Assembly: GCF_032191835.1 (NCBI RefSeq)
Contig: NC_083234.1
Location: forward strand, 56,730,001 to 56,794,000
DNA length: 64,000 nt
Direction: 5' to 3'
Origin: Heteronotia binoei
Taxonomy: Eukaryota
This document shows positions 12,049-32,820 of the stretch, one piece after another. The position numbers and the translations under genes are program-made. The number at the start of each line of letters is the position of its first letter. Positions within the stretch are counted from its first letter, which is position 1. The notes beneath the pieces were generated by a model that worked only from the letters and a program-made list of their open reading frames with translations, was not told the DNA's origin and made no database searches.

Positions 12049-13394
12049 CAACTTTTTTGTTAGGCTTGCACTGTTACTCAGTGCCTTGTGTCTTGCAGTT
12101 GAAAATGTAAGCCAGTTGCACAAACTAATTGTAATTAATCACAAGTGGCCTGGGACGAGAAGTGGAGATGCAACAGTGGTGTTTGGTGTGATAGGTTGGC
12201 TGCCTGTGGAAGCCTTGTACTGGCTTCTCTCCTTTCCCTTTGCTTTCCTCAGAGTCAACATTTGAATCGTTTTTAAGTTTGTATGTGAATAACCTTGCTC
12301 TCCCTGCAAGCGGACTCAGGGCAGGTTATAGATCACTTAAGTCATGACAATGAAACAATACGGTATCACCATTATCACATAAATTAGGAAGATTAAAGGT
12401 TAGAATGGTAATAAAAACCAGCATAAGACATTGCCTCGGTAGCGATGCTATGACTGGTGCCCATGGGGTGGCTAAGAGATGGAAGAAATTGGACGCCCGC
12501 TGCCTCAGCTAAAAGCCTGAAGCTCCACAACTATTGGAACCTCTATGCACTCCTAGTAATAATGCTTGAAAGCCATAGTAACAATAGACTTCCATGTGCA
12601 TTGCAGTCCTTACAACAGCCTTAGAAAGTAGGTCAAGTAATGTCACCTAATTAGCAGTAGACTTGAAACAGACCGAAATAAGTCCTGTGCTTAAATTACA
12701 GAGTTTGTAGCTACAAGGTGCAGCAGTAGTTGGCCCCTTTAAAAGGATGGGATGAGACAAAGGGTGGACAACAGATCTTTCAGTTGATTTTTGGCTGCAG
12801 CGCCTAATTGAAGCTTCCAAGTTTGAAGGCAGTGAATACTATTTGCTGAGAGCGCAAACAGTAGTGTTGCCTTTGTGCCCTGTTTGTGGGCTTCACAGTC
12901 ACATCTGGCCAGCTGTTGAGACTAAAATGCCAGGCTAGGTGGGCCTTTGATCTGACTCAGCAGAATCTATTAATTTTTGGCCAAATCTGCAGTTCTCATT
13001 GCAACACATTTTGCGTTGCAGCAGTTACCATCTCTTCAGCCTGACCTTGAATCTTGAGATAAACTGAACTGCAAAACGCATCCCAGACTGTTGTTGTTTT
13101 GGCTTATATGGAGCAAAGCCTCTATTTTCTCCATTGGCTGAGGCTCCTCCCTTGGGGAGGAAGGGGGGAGGGAGAGCTTGCTGTGCCCAGCTCTCTCAAA
13201 TGTGTTGCTTCATGAATAGTTACAGACTACAATCTTGTAAGTGGCAGTATTTTCCCTGCAGTTTTGTAATGGCTGTTCTCTGTATGTGCTAAGGTTGTTT
13301 AACTAACTTGGTACAAATGGAACCTGCTGGGGAAAGGTGTGGGGTGGGGTAGTTCTGGGTGTTTTTCTGATTATCAGCTTGTAAAATTGGTGAG

Positions 13395-13614
13395 GGTGGT
13401 GGTGGAAAGTGTCATCAAGTCACAGCTGACTTGAGGCAGCCCTATAGGGTTTTCAAGACAACAGACTTGCCCAGGTGATTTGCCCTTGCCTTTTTCTGCA
13501 TAGCAACCCTGGACCTCCTTGCGGGTCTCCCATCCAAGGGCTAGCCAGGGCTAACCCTGCTTAGCTTCCGAGATCTGATGAGGCAAGGCAAGCATGAGCG
13601 ATCCAGGTCAGGGC
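13395..13614 (-). mobile_element. 5S rRNA-derived SINE (SINE3, 5S-Sauria-like)
   Basis: Reverse complement contains GATCTCGGAAGCTAAGCAGGG...TTGGATGGGAGACC (5S rRNA), followed by an RTE-like tail ending (CCA)n. Confidence 0.8.
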
Positions 13615-13875
13615 AACAGATCTTGGACTGAATTTTGAGACACATAAGTGACTTTACTGTCATAGCAACTTTTAGTTATCTAGCTCTTTGTATGCACTGG
13701 TGTCCTGTGTTACACTGGAGGTTTGCAAGTTGTATGCCAAGGGAACTCCACAGTTATTTGGATGATTATCAGGGATTCCTTCATGTGAAAATAATGAATG
13801 GCAACTAAGATTTTTAGAGTACACGTTGCTACTGACCTGCCCAGACAATGTGCAGCTGTAATAAATACTCTGGGA

Positions 13876-14405
13876 CAGAGGTGTCAATCAAGCCCCTAGA
13901 GAGGTCCTATCAGGCCCGCAAGCAACTGGCTGTAATCTGCTTTCTTCTCCCTCTCTCCTGTTTCCTTCTGCATCTCAGCTTGCTTTACCAGGCTTGCTCA
14001 GTTCCACAGGAGCTATGGAGCAAAGCCTCTATTTTCTCCATTGGCTATGGCTCCTCCCTTGGGGAGGAAGTGGGGAGGGAGAGCTTGCTTTGCCAGGCTC
14101 TCTCAATTGCACAGCAGAGCTACTGAGCCACGCCTCTCTTCCTTCTATTGACTGAAGCTCCTCAGAGCAAGAGTTGTCAGTTATCAGAGACTGTTAAACA
14201 AAGTACTGCAAGAGTGCTAATGTTTTAAGCATGTTTTATTTTAAGTTTTTTTTAAAAAAAAATCTTTAATTGTGTTTGTCTGTGTCCTTTATAAAGTTTA
14301 TATCTCCACTACCTGGCATTACATTTATGACACACATAGCCCAACTCAACTAGGTCTCATGTATGTCAGATCCAGCTCTCATAACAAATGGGTTTGACAC
14401 TCCTG
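13876..14405. mobile_element. Charlie-type hAT MITE, partly deleted
   Basis: CAGAGGTGTCAA...TTTGACACTCCTG termini; interior aligns to 37168-37667. Confidence 0.75.
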
Positions 14406-14475
14406 CACTAGGGGAGTGTTCTGAGGGCAACAGTAAAGCCCAGGACTGCACATGATAGAATAGGAGTGTATAGGA

Positions 14476-14780
14476 CAGGGGTGGCCAGACTTGCTTAACA
14501 TAAGAGCCGCATAGAATAAACATCAGATGTTTGAGGGCCACAAGACAAGAACATCAGATGTTTGAAAGCAGGCAGGCAAATAGATGGGGAAGGGAAAGGT
14601 GGCAAGAAAGCAGCTTTAAATTCATTCTCTAAGCTGTCATCTGGCTTGGTTTGGAGAAGTGATTTAAAGAGAGAAATGCCTTCTCCAAGCTGTCCGACTG
14701 GGTGGTGGGGGCTTCAAGAGCCACACAATATGTGTGGAAGAGCCACATGTGGCTCCTGAGCCAAAGTTTGGCCACCCCAG
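14476..14780. mobile_element. Charlie-type hAT MITE (CAGGGGTGGCCAAACT family), about 60 bp before ALAD exon 2
   Basis: TIRs plus perfect 8-bp TSD GTATAGGA (14468-14475, 14781-14788). Relatives at 21670-21870 (partial), 31582-31893 and 43161-43450. Confidence 0.88.
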
Positions 14781-14863
14781 GTATAGGAACATGTTCCATA
14801 TCAAAACCACTCTGCTTGATGGCTGTTTGTTTATTTCAGAATCTCTCCAACCAGAACTCTACT

Positions 14864-23635
<8,772 letters not shown>

Positions 23636-25073
23636 AGCATGCGCCTCCCTCTCTCCTGTGATGGGAGAGGAAGGAGGAGTTCGGCAGCAGTTGGCAACAA
23701 GGGGCAGGCACCCCCTGTCTTTTTGAGAGACTGAGCACGGCTTTGGGGTGGGAATGGATGCAGACCATGCACCCTCCTACCTGCAGTGCTCCTTAGTCAC
23801 CAAAGGAATAATCCCTCCTAAAGTGCTGTTGTAATCAAATCCTGAGGCCCTTGCATCCTGAGCTGGTGCTGCACCCTTCTTTTTTACAAAATATGCATGT
23901 TCAAAAATGCTACAAGCAAGGAAGAGTTAAGTTCTTAGCCCTGTAAAACTCCTTGCTGCATCAGTAGTAGATGAATTGGAAGTGTTTGTACAGCAGAAGA
24001 AGATGCTTGTAAAAAGTGCCATTGAGCTGTGAAGGTCAGACTGAGGCCTTCTGGGAGTAAGGCCAACCCTTTCTCTGCGATCCCCTAATTTAAAATCTAA
24101 CAAGGATGACAAGTGCTCCTTTATTCCACAAACTAGAAGTAGTTATCTAGAAGAAGTCTGCCTCTATATCTATCGATAGATACAGATATATACATAAACA
24201 CATGCCAAAATAGCAAAAGAGTGGCTGTAGGATTGACTATAGACAATCACTGGTATCTTAATGGTTGCCAGGCATATAGACTCATCCTGTACGTGAGGGA
24301 TGTGGTTATTTTGAGAATATGAGCCATATTTTAGATGGCTTCAAATGTTACCACTATTTTTACCCTGGTAGGACTCCTGTGTTTTTAACTAGCAGTATGA
24401 TAGAAATCTTAACTAGGGTAGTTTCTCTTGTTGAAATAGGCCTTTTTTATACACAACAGCTGGCCAAGGAATGAACTATGACTTGATCAGTTAATCACTA
24501 GTTTGTTAAAGTAGACTGCAGAATTGAGGTCATTTGTAGTCCAGCTGAAACCACTGGGGCCAGGCAGATGGGCAAGTGATTTGTAGCTGAAGTGTATTTA
24601 CATCTGAGTGCACGAGCTTTTGCCCTTTCCTTTCATGTATTTTGACCACTAATGTACTGCCCCTCTCAATGCTGTGTTTCCGTGAACAATGAGAAAATTA
24701 CCTACACCACCTACAGAGCTGGAGTCCAACCTTTCTTTATATCATTTTAGATTAAACTTTGGAGGGAAAGTAAAAAGTACCAATACTTTCTGGAATACCT
24801 TTTTTATTTGGTTCTAAAGGAAGCATGCAGGAGAAAGTAGGGTTTTTAAGGAGGGTATTGCTATGCAGGTGGGCAGGTAAGGAGGAAGGCTACACTGGTA
24901 GTGGTACGTGGCTTTAAAACCATTAAATCCAACAAAAATATGGCATCAAAACATTGGGCAGGAAAGAGGTATCACTGAGGGGATGCCAAATAAAGTCTTT
25001 ACTCATTGCTGGAAACTGGCAACAGAAGTTTGTGTGGGGAGAGAGCACCCAAGTTTTGGTTAAATGTTGATAA

Positions 25074-25799
25074 TAGGGTTGCCAGGTCCCCCTGGCCACT
25101 GCTGGGGGATGGGGGTGGTAGGGTTGCCAGATCCAGGTTGGGAAACTCTTGGAGATTTGGGGTGGAGCCTGGGGGAAGACACTGACTTCAGTGGGGTACA
25201 ATTAGGGTTGTCAATCCCCACGTGGGGGCAGGGGATCCCCCAGTTTGGAGGCTCTCCTGCTTCAGGGTCATCAGAAAGCAAGGGGGGGGGAAATGTCTGC
25301 TGGGAACTCCATTATACTCTATGGAGGCCAATTCCCATAGGGTATAATGGAGAATTGATCTGCAGGTATCTGGGGCTCTGGAGGAGCTGTTGTTTGAGAT
25401 AGAGGCACCAAATTTTCAGCATAGCATCCAGTGCCTCTCCCCAAAATACCCTCCAAGTTTCAAAAAGATTGGACTAGGGGGTGCAGTTCTATGAGCCCCA
25501 AAAGAAAGTACTCCATTATTTCCAGTGCAGAGAAGGCATTTAGAAGGTGTGCAATCCCTTTAAATGTGATGGACAAAACTCCTTTTAGAGTTCAGTTCTG
25601 CTTGTCACACCCTTGCTCCTGGCTCCACCCCCAAAGTCCCCGGATATTTCTTGAATTGGACTTGGCAACCCTAGGTACAATGCCATAGAGTCTACCCTCC
25701 AAAGCATCCATTTTCTCCAGGGGGACTGATTTGTATAGTTTGGAGGTGAGCTGTAATTCTGGGGGATCCACAGATCCCATCTGGAGGATGGCATCCCTA
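25074..25799. mobile_element. Short TAGGGTTGCCA-family MITE hosting a nested insertion
   Basis: TIRs TAGGGTTGCC/GGCATCCCTA; TSD GTTGATAA/GTTGAAAA. Confidence 0.8.
25203..25673. mobile_element. Long (about 470 bp) TAGGGTTGCCA-family MITE nested in the element above
   Basis: Perfect TSD GGTACAAT (25195-25202, 25674-25681); colinear with 55453-55964. Confidence 0.88.
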
Positions 25800-26160
25800 G
25801 TTGAAAAAGAATGCCATAAAGGGATTGTATTATGGGCTATCATAGTCTTACCTGGTCTGATAGGACCTGTTCCAATCCCTTTCTGACATGCTAAGGATAA
25901 TCTCTAAATTCTGTCTTTTCTACTCTGCAGTTCTCAGGGCTTGTTGGAGGGATCTGGCCTATCAAATTTGTATGAGCTCTGTCGCAGTTTATAGTGCAGG
26001 CATAGTCGACAACAGCAAAGGGAACTCTGGATTGTGAGGGATAAGCTTTCTTAAATCTTTTCCTTCACATTTGCCTCCCAACACACAGCTAATAGATTGG
26101 GTTTTCAGGTTGTTAATAAGGAAGACTTGGGTAGTGCCTTGGGTGAACTATGCCCTAGAA

Positions 26161-27177
26161 CAGTGGTGTCAAACATGTGGCTTGTGGACTGGATCTGGCC
26201 CACGCAGGTCTCAAATCTAACCCTGAGCAAGTTCCTTCTCATGCATCCTTTTCCAGGGCTGCTACTGCAGCTGTACTGTAGCTTGCTCTCCCCCCCCCAC
26301 TTTCTCAGTGGCTCTTTGCTTCCTGTTTCTTGCCTCCCTCCCTTCCCACATACAGAGCCTCGTGACTGCTTCCTGCTTTGTGCAGGAGAGATGCAAAGAC
26401 AGGCCTCTCTCACATACACACACCCCTTCTGCTTTCTTCTCTGGGACTGCTCCTCTTTTGGGGAGGAAGGAAGGGGGAACAAAGAGGGGGGGACACAAGT
26501 AGAGTCCCATCATGACAGCATCAAGACCAACAACATTTTCCTCCATCTATAATTTTATGTGTAAGCACATGTCATCTTGGGAGGGGGAGATGGTGGATGG
26601 ATGGATTCTTCTAACAAGCACAGTGTACACTGAAGAAATTATTTTGGCTTATTCTGAAAAGTTTGAATTAGAACAATTGGATTGGTCCTTATATCTTGGA
26701 GAGTGGAGTAAATGATAATAGTGCACATTGGTAATGAGACAGGAAAACTTGCTGTCAACTCAGTTCGGGAGGATGCATTGTCTTGAGCTTCATTATCAAT
26801 TGCAATTCAGCAGTCTCTCTAATCTCCCTTTGAAATTCCCTTGTAAGAGCATTATTACTCTTAAATCAGCAACTGAATGTTGTGGTGTCCAATGTCAGTC
26901 TTATGTTCGTTTACTCTTTGCTTCCTCCTGGGTGGAACTGAGACGTAAGTTTCCCATCTCATTACCAATGCTGGTATCTCTGCACCTACTACCCCTCTGC
27001 ATATCACACCTAATCCAATCAAGACCACTATTGCCATTCATCTACTATTGCCATTTGACATCTGAAATCACCTTTATAAAATTTGTATCTCTGGAACCTC
27101 GTGTTATGTTTTATGGCCCAAGAAAGTGACATTTATGTCAGATCCAGCCCTCATAACAAATGAGTTTGACACCTCTG
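26161..27177. mobile_element. 1017-bp non-autonomous Charlie-type hAT element
   Basis: CAGTGGTGTCAAAC/GTTTGACACCTCTG TIRs; perfect TSD CCCTAGAA (26153-26160, 27178-27185). Confidence 0.85.
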
Positions 27178-28249
27178 CCCTAGAAGGTGTCCCCAGATCC
27201 TCCACAACATGCAAGGGGCCATTGATGTGGAAATAATTAACACTGAAAAATTGGGAACTGCCTTCTTAGTGGGAAAAAGTATTCCAGCTCAAAATACAAT
27301 ACAGGAGAAAGTTCATAGTTCTTCATTCTGCTTGTATCCCGCTCTTCATCTGAATAAATTGGCTAAGAATATGTGGGTGGCGGGTGGGTCCCAGATATCC
27401 TGCCCTACCTAGCTGCATTAGTTCACATCAGAAATGGACATGTGGCAAGTATTTTTCTTTAGAACCAGTTCAAAATTGGTGATTACGATACTCATTGCTG
27501 TAGATTATCCACCACTTGAATTTGATTCTTCAAAATTCTTTACAAATTCCATCAGATGTGAATAACAGAAGGTGAAATGTGCCAATAACAAAAGGTGGAA
27601 ACTAGCTCTCCCTCACCTATTACATCAGCCCTGCAGCTCATGCCCTATAGACAGAATTTAACTAGTACCATTTCCCCCATCACTGCTGCTTTATGGCTGG
27701 CAAAGCTTCACCTGTTGTATTTCTGGCTGTCATATAGCCTTTAAAAGAAACTGGAGCCCTGCTAAGATGGGAGAAGTACCATTTTTAGGCAGCAAGAGAT
27801 AGGGTTACCAACTTCCAAGTGTGCCCTGGGGTTCTCCAGGAATTAATGATCTCGTAGTCACAGATATAACTTCCACCGGAGGTAATGATTCTTTTTTGGT
27901 GCGGGTGGGGGGCGTCACATCACTTTTCAGGTTCCCTCTCCCCCGCAGGCAGCACTCCCAAATATCCAGGAATTTATGAGGCCGGAGTAGGGAGTCCACC
28001 GAACTCTGCATGTACCCAAAGACAGACACCTTTTAATTCTGACGTTCCAGGTGAGGGTCTGTGATTTATTCTGACGTTTTGACACACGAAGCACAGATTT
28101 CCCCCCATGAAAATCTGCAGGGATGACAGTGAGTCGCACCTATTGAATTACTGCCTATCTGACACAAGGCTGAAAGGCACTAGCCTGGCAATTCAAAACC
28201 CAGTACTGAGAGTCAGTCCTGGATGAGGTTTAACTGTTGATTGTCTCTG

Positions 28250-28381
28250 CTCTTCGCTGGCCGAAGAGCCCTGTACACACGAATAGGGCAAAGTGAGGGC
28301 GGAAGTGACTTCGGCAAGCGTCTTCGAGTGTATTTCGCACATGCTCAGTGCAGACGAAGCTGCATGAGTCTTGGTTGACAG
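28250..28381 (+). promoter_or_regulatory. HDHD3: HDHD3 promoter and non-coding first exon
   Basis: CpG-rich; ETS-type CGGAAGTG at 28300-28307; strong donor CAG|GTAAGG at 28381/28382; YY1-like AAAATGGC at 28521. Confidence 0.6.
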
Positions 28382-29454
28382 GTAAGGGGGTCGAACGGTG
28401 CTCTAGAGCGGGCTGGTTGTTGCACGCCCCCTCTGTTATTCGGCCACTGTTTTCTTTATTCCTGTTATAGATTATCTTTCCACGGCTAAAGACATGTCGC
28501 CGTGCTAAGGGGGAGCTACTAAAATGGCACGGCACTGCAAAGGATCTTTGCTATCGGCAAAGTCGCGACCCAGCAGTTGAAATAGATTCTGGCTCAGATT
28601 TAGTCCTTTGGAAGAGGTGGAGAGGGATGTAATTCGTTTTTTGGCAGATGCAAACATTCGGACACACACAAACACCCGCACGAATGAGTCTGGGGTTTCT
28701 CTATTTTTCATATTTCTCATGTGGCTTTTTGAGCCTTCTACCTACGTATGTGATGAACAGATTGCAGGCCTGCTTTCTCTCCGTGCTCAGAGGCCATGCT
28801 GTGTTTAAAACGTACAGTAACAAATTGTAGAATGCTGGATTTATTCAGTTAGATAATTTCTGTGACCCATTTTTGGTCTTTTGACTCTCCAAGCAGCTAA
28901 CAAAATCATAATGCAATACAATAGCAAATATCTAAACCATTTTAAGAAGTGATAGTGGAAGCAGCAAGATATTTTAAGTAGAAGATCCCTTAACTACTGT
29001 AAATACATTCTGGAGCATTTATTTATTCAATTTTTATCCTGTCATACCTCCAAGAAACGTCTGATTCCTGCTCATTTCAACCTCACAGCACTCTTGCAAG
29101 GTTACACAAAGAGACCACCCAAGGCCACAGAGTAAGTTCTTAGGACTCTGTATTTGAACATTCTAGCCCCTACCCAACATCTGACTTAAATTAGGAGGTC
29201 ATGATAAACTAGATATTTTGCAGGAGGAAAAGAAGCTGCCTTAAACCTATTTATTTATTTAATCACATTTATATCCCGCCCTCAGGGCAGCCAACAACAG
29301 AGTCAGTCTACTGGTCTATCTATGTTGTCTTCTCCGACTGGCAGCAGCTCTCCAGGGACTCAAGCAGAGAGAAGCCTTTGCCAAGCTGAGATCCTCTAAG
29401 TAAAGGTGCCAGAGACTGAGCTTTGGCTCTTTTTAGTTCAAGGGGGTGCTGGGA

Positions 29455-29662
29455 AGAAGAATGTGGCGTGAAGTCACAGCCAACTCAGGGCAATCCCATC
29501 TGTGGGGTGTTTGGACCAGAGAGGAGCAGAGGCAGTTTTCCATTGCCTTCCTCTGCATAACAACCTCAGACATAATTGGTGGTCTCCCATCCAAGTACTG
29601 ACTGGCTGACCCTGCTGATCTCCCAAACTTTGATGAGCTTGGCTAAGCTGGGCTTTTCAGGG
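29455..29662 (-). mobile_element. 5S-derived SINE3 copy, diverged
   Basis: GGTCTCCCATCCAAGTACT is the reverse complement of 5S box C; same body as 13395-13614. Confidence 0.7.
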
Positions 29663-29888
29663 TACTGTGGGGAAACAAAAATCCAGGACTTCTGGTTCCC
29701 ATAGGGACTTTGGTTGCCAGACAAATCATATTATTTGTTTTCATGAAATTTGGGGGTTGGCTTTCTATTCTGTCTTTTCTATCAGGTAACAAAGGTGTCT
29801 GTAAAGATATAAAACCACTTTAAAGCAAAATAGTTACACTTTGTTTTAAAATATAAACAAAACACTCTTTTTGTCTGTGCTGGCTGGT

Positions 29889-30122
29889 GAGAACCAGCAT
29901 GGTGTAATAATTAAAAGTGACAGACTAATCTGGAGAACTGGGTTTGATTCCCTCCTCCTCCACATGATGCCTGCTGGGTGACCTCAGGCCAGTCACAGTT
30001 CTCTCAGAACTCTCTCAGTCCCCCACCTACCTCACAAAGTGCAAGTTGTGGGAAGAGGAAGGGAAAGGTTATTGTGAACTGCTTTGAGACTTCTTAAGGT
30101 AGAGGAAAGCAGGTATAAAAGC
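29889..30122 (+). mobile_element. Older tRNA-derived Squam3-like SINE
   Basis: GAGAACCAGCATGGTGTAA...GGGTTTGATTCCC head; L2-like tail. Confidence 0.7.
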
Positions 30123-31581
30123 TTACTCTCCTCCTTCTCATAGTAACAACACATGCTCAACCATTGAGTCACATAGTCTTGCCCAAGGACAAATGTGAGA
30201 TCATACAGTGAATCGGACTCTCAAAGGCAGTTTAATTTCTAAAATGAAGAGAGGTGTTGTAGCTCATAATGCCTTATGAACTAATCACTATCTTGGGATA
30301 AGCAGATATAGTATGATATCTGATATGATACCCTTCAGCAAACTCATGATCCTCGCCCCATTCATAGAAAGAGAGGAGCAAAGGCGATGAATAGGTATTG
30401 CCCACCAATTATGAGGCGGGTGGCAGGTTTGACTGGTTGGTTGTGTGACATGCTGACATTCCAGCTTAGCTCAACCCAGCCCTGCCCTGCTTTCTACCAA
30501 CTGGTTTGTCTACCCTTTCCTGCTGGGCAACACAATAGGCATGCTATAACACCCTGACCAGGCAAAGATGGAAGGGGAAATCTCTCTTACCAAGAATCAG
30601 GAGATTTAAGGACTTCACTGGCTTTAAGAGTTTTTAGAAACCATAAAGCTACCAAGACTTGCACTGGACTCAATATGATCATAGAGGTATATGAAATTAT
30701 AGATGGTGCAGAGAAAGTAGATGAAAATCATTTATCTTTTGCATTACAAAGGGGCACTCAGTTAACATGAGAGAGGCAGATTCAGAACAGGCAAAAAGAA
30801 TTGCTGTTTTACACAATGCATAATTAACTTTTGGAACTCACTGCCATAAGATGAAGGTATGTGCATTAGACGGCTTAAAAAAGGAACTAGATGTCTTGGG
30901 GTTCCTTTAATAATTTTAATTTATTGTAGTCCATAAACTGGGAAATAACCTATATTTTGTGGGGATGAAATAAAAAAAATCAAATGTAAAATTGAAAGAG
31001 TGTTCAAATAAAATGTAATTGATGTATGCATTCTAAGCAAATCCAAGTTAGAATTGTCTTGAGTCCTTCGCCCTCCATTCCCCTTAATTTCACCCCTGCT
31101 AAAGACCCCGGTCTACTGCTTCCTCAGTGCCTACAGGGAAGGTTACCCATTGTGTCTCTGCGTGAGTCATTGGTTTGAGTCACATAGAGCTGTTTAAGAA
31201 GGAAACCACTTTCATCATCTGGCTAGTCACTACATCCCACCTTCTCTTTCCCAGGCACAGCCTCTGCACTGTGCTCTGTCATTTCAAATTACCCTTAGTG
31301 AATTATTAAACAGCTATTCATTCCACTTGCTGACCAGATGCCTGTTTTGTAAATCATTATACTTTTAAGTTGTGTTTTGATATTTTGGAACAGTCTGTAT
31401 TGGCAGAGATTGAAAGGTGTTTGTGTGGCCTGGTGTCTGTGCAGGAGCCAAGGTTAACTTCCCCAAGAGCAAAGATTCTTCCCCATCCACCCCACCCCCT
31501 CTATGAGCAAAGCAGGTCCAGTTTCCCCGTTCTGAAGGGGGAGGAGTCTGTTCTCAGAACTTGGAGAGGAACACTGTAAAG

Positions 31582-31893
31582 CTGGGATGGCCAACCTTGC
31601 TTAACGTAAGAGCCACATAGAATAAACACCACTTGTTTGAGAGCCACAAGACATGAATGTCAGATGTTTGAGAGCCACAACGATGGAAGGAAAATAGGAG
31701 GGAGAGGTGTAAAAAACAACTTTAAATGCATTCTCCAAGCTGCCAGCTGTCTTGGCTTAGAAGAGTGATTTAAAGAGAGAATGCCTTGTCCAAGCAAGCT
31801 GATTGGGTTTGGGGGTGGTGGTGGCTTCAAGAGCCACACAATATGTGTGAAAGAGCTACATGTGGCTCCTGAGCTGCAGTTTGGCCACTCCTG
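31582..31893. mobile_element. CAGGGGTGGCC-family hAT MITE in the HDHD3 5'UTR intron
   Basis: TIRs; TSD CTGTAAAG/CTGTACAA; aligns to 14476-14780. Confidence 0.8.
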
Positions 31894-32082
31894 CTGTACA
31901 AGATTTTACAGATAATGGATGTTCTCTTAAAGGGAACATTGTTGCTACATGGAAAACACATCTGCTAGAAATGAGCTGACAGTCATCTCAAGCCCTTGTA
32001 TTTGGATGGGCTATAAATCACAGCAACAGGGAGGTGTGACAGGATTTCTGCTGTTACTCCTGTCTCTCTTTCCAGGCCATTT

Positions 32083-32820
32083 ATGTGCTTTGCCACAATG
32101 CTGAAGCTGCGGCTTTTGACATGGGACGTGAAAGATACTCTACTTCGACTCCGGATTCCCGTGGGCAAGAGTTACGCTGCTGAGGCCCAGGCTCATGGCC
32201 TCCAGGTGGAAGCTGAAGCACTCAACCGAGCCTTCCGTTGGGCCTACAATGCTCAGACCAAGCACTTTCCCAACTATGGCCTAGACAGAGGCCTTAGCTC
32301 AAAACAATGGTGGCTGGACGTAGTCATGGAGACCTTCCGGCTCTCAGGAGTCCATGAGGACAAAGTCCTCCTGCCCATTGCGGAAAAACTCTACTGTGAT
32401 TACTGCAGCAAGCACAACTGGGAGGTGCTACCTGGTGCCATTGAGACCCTTCAGCAGTGCCAACAGTTGGGCATCCGCATGGCTGTCATCTCCAACTTTG
32501 ACCGGAGGCTGTCAGAGATTCTAGCTCAGTGTGACCTCCAGCAGCACTTTGAGTTTGTCTTGAGCTCAGAGAACACAGGCTTTGCTAAGCCAGACAAGAG
32601 GATATTTCTGGAAGCCCTGCAGATCTCGAGGGTACCCCCTCCCTTGGCTGCCCATGTTGGGGACAGCTATATGAATGATTACAGGGCACCAAGGGAGGTG
32701 GGAATGCATAGTTTCCTGGTTAAGACAGCCGGGAAACCTGCCAGCTGGGAGACAGAAGTGCCTCAAGAGCACATCTTGCCCTCACTTACATACCTGCCCT
32801 CTCTTATAGAGAAAGGCTAA
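32083..32820 (+). CDS. HDHD3: HAD-like hydrolase domain-containing protein 3; single coding exon; likely start at ATG 32098 (240 aa), alternative in-frame ATG 32083
   Basis: LRLLTWDVKDTLLRLR (HAD motif I variant), AVISNFDRRL, KPDKRIF, HVGDSYMND. Acceptor tttccag ends at 32075. gccacaATG context at 32098. AATAAA at 33421. Confidence 0.97.
   Translation: MCFATMLKLRLLTWDVKDTLLRLRIPVGKSYAAEAQAHGLQVEAEALNRAFRWAYNAQTKHFPNYGLDRGLSSKQWWLDVVMETFRLSGVHEDKVLLPIAEKLYCDYCSKHNWEVLPGAIETLQQCQQLGIRMAVISNFDRRLSEILAQCDLQQHFEFVLSSENTGFAKPDKRIFLEALQISRVPPPLAAHVGDSYMNDYRAPREVGMHSFLVKTAGKPASWETEVPQEHILPSLTYLPSLIEKG

Noticed and set aside
13500-13614. 5S rRNA-like sequence
   Set aside because: Diverged, fused to a retroposon body and dispersed; SINE3 rather than an rRNA gene.
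25060-25843. Cluster of 60-110 aa ORFs, also at 34944-35353 and 55816
   Set aside because: All lie within GC-rich MITEs; none resembles a hAT transposase.
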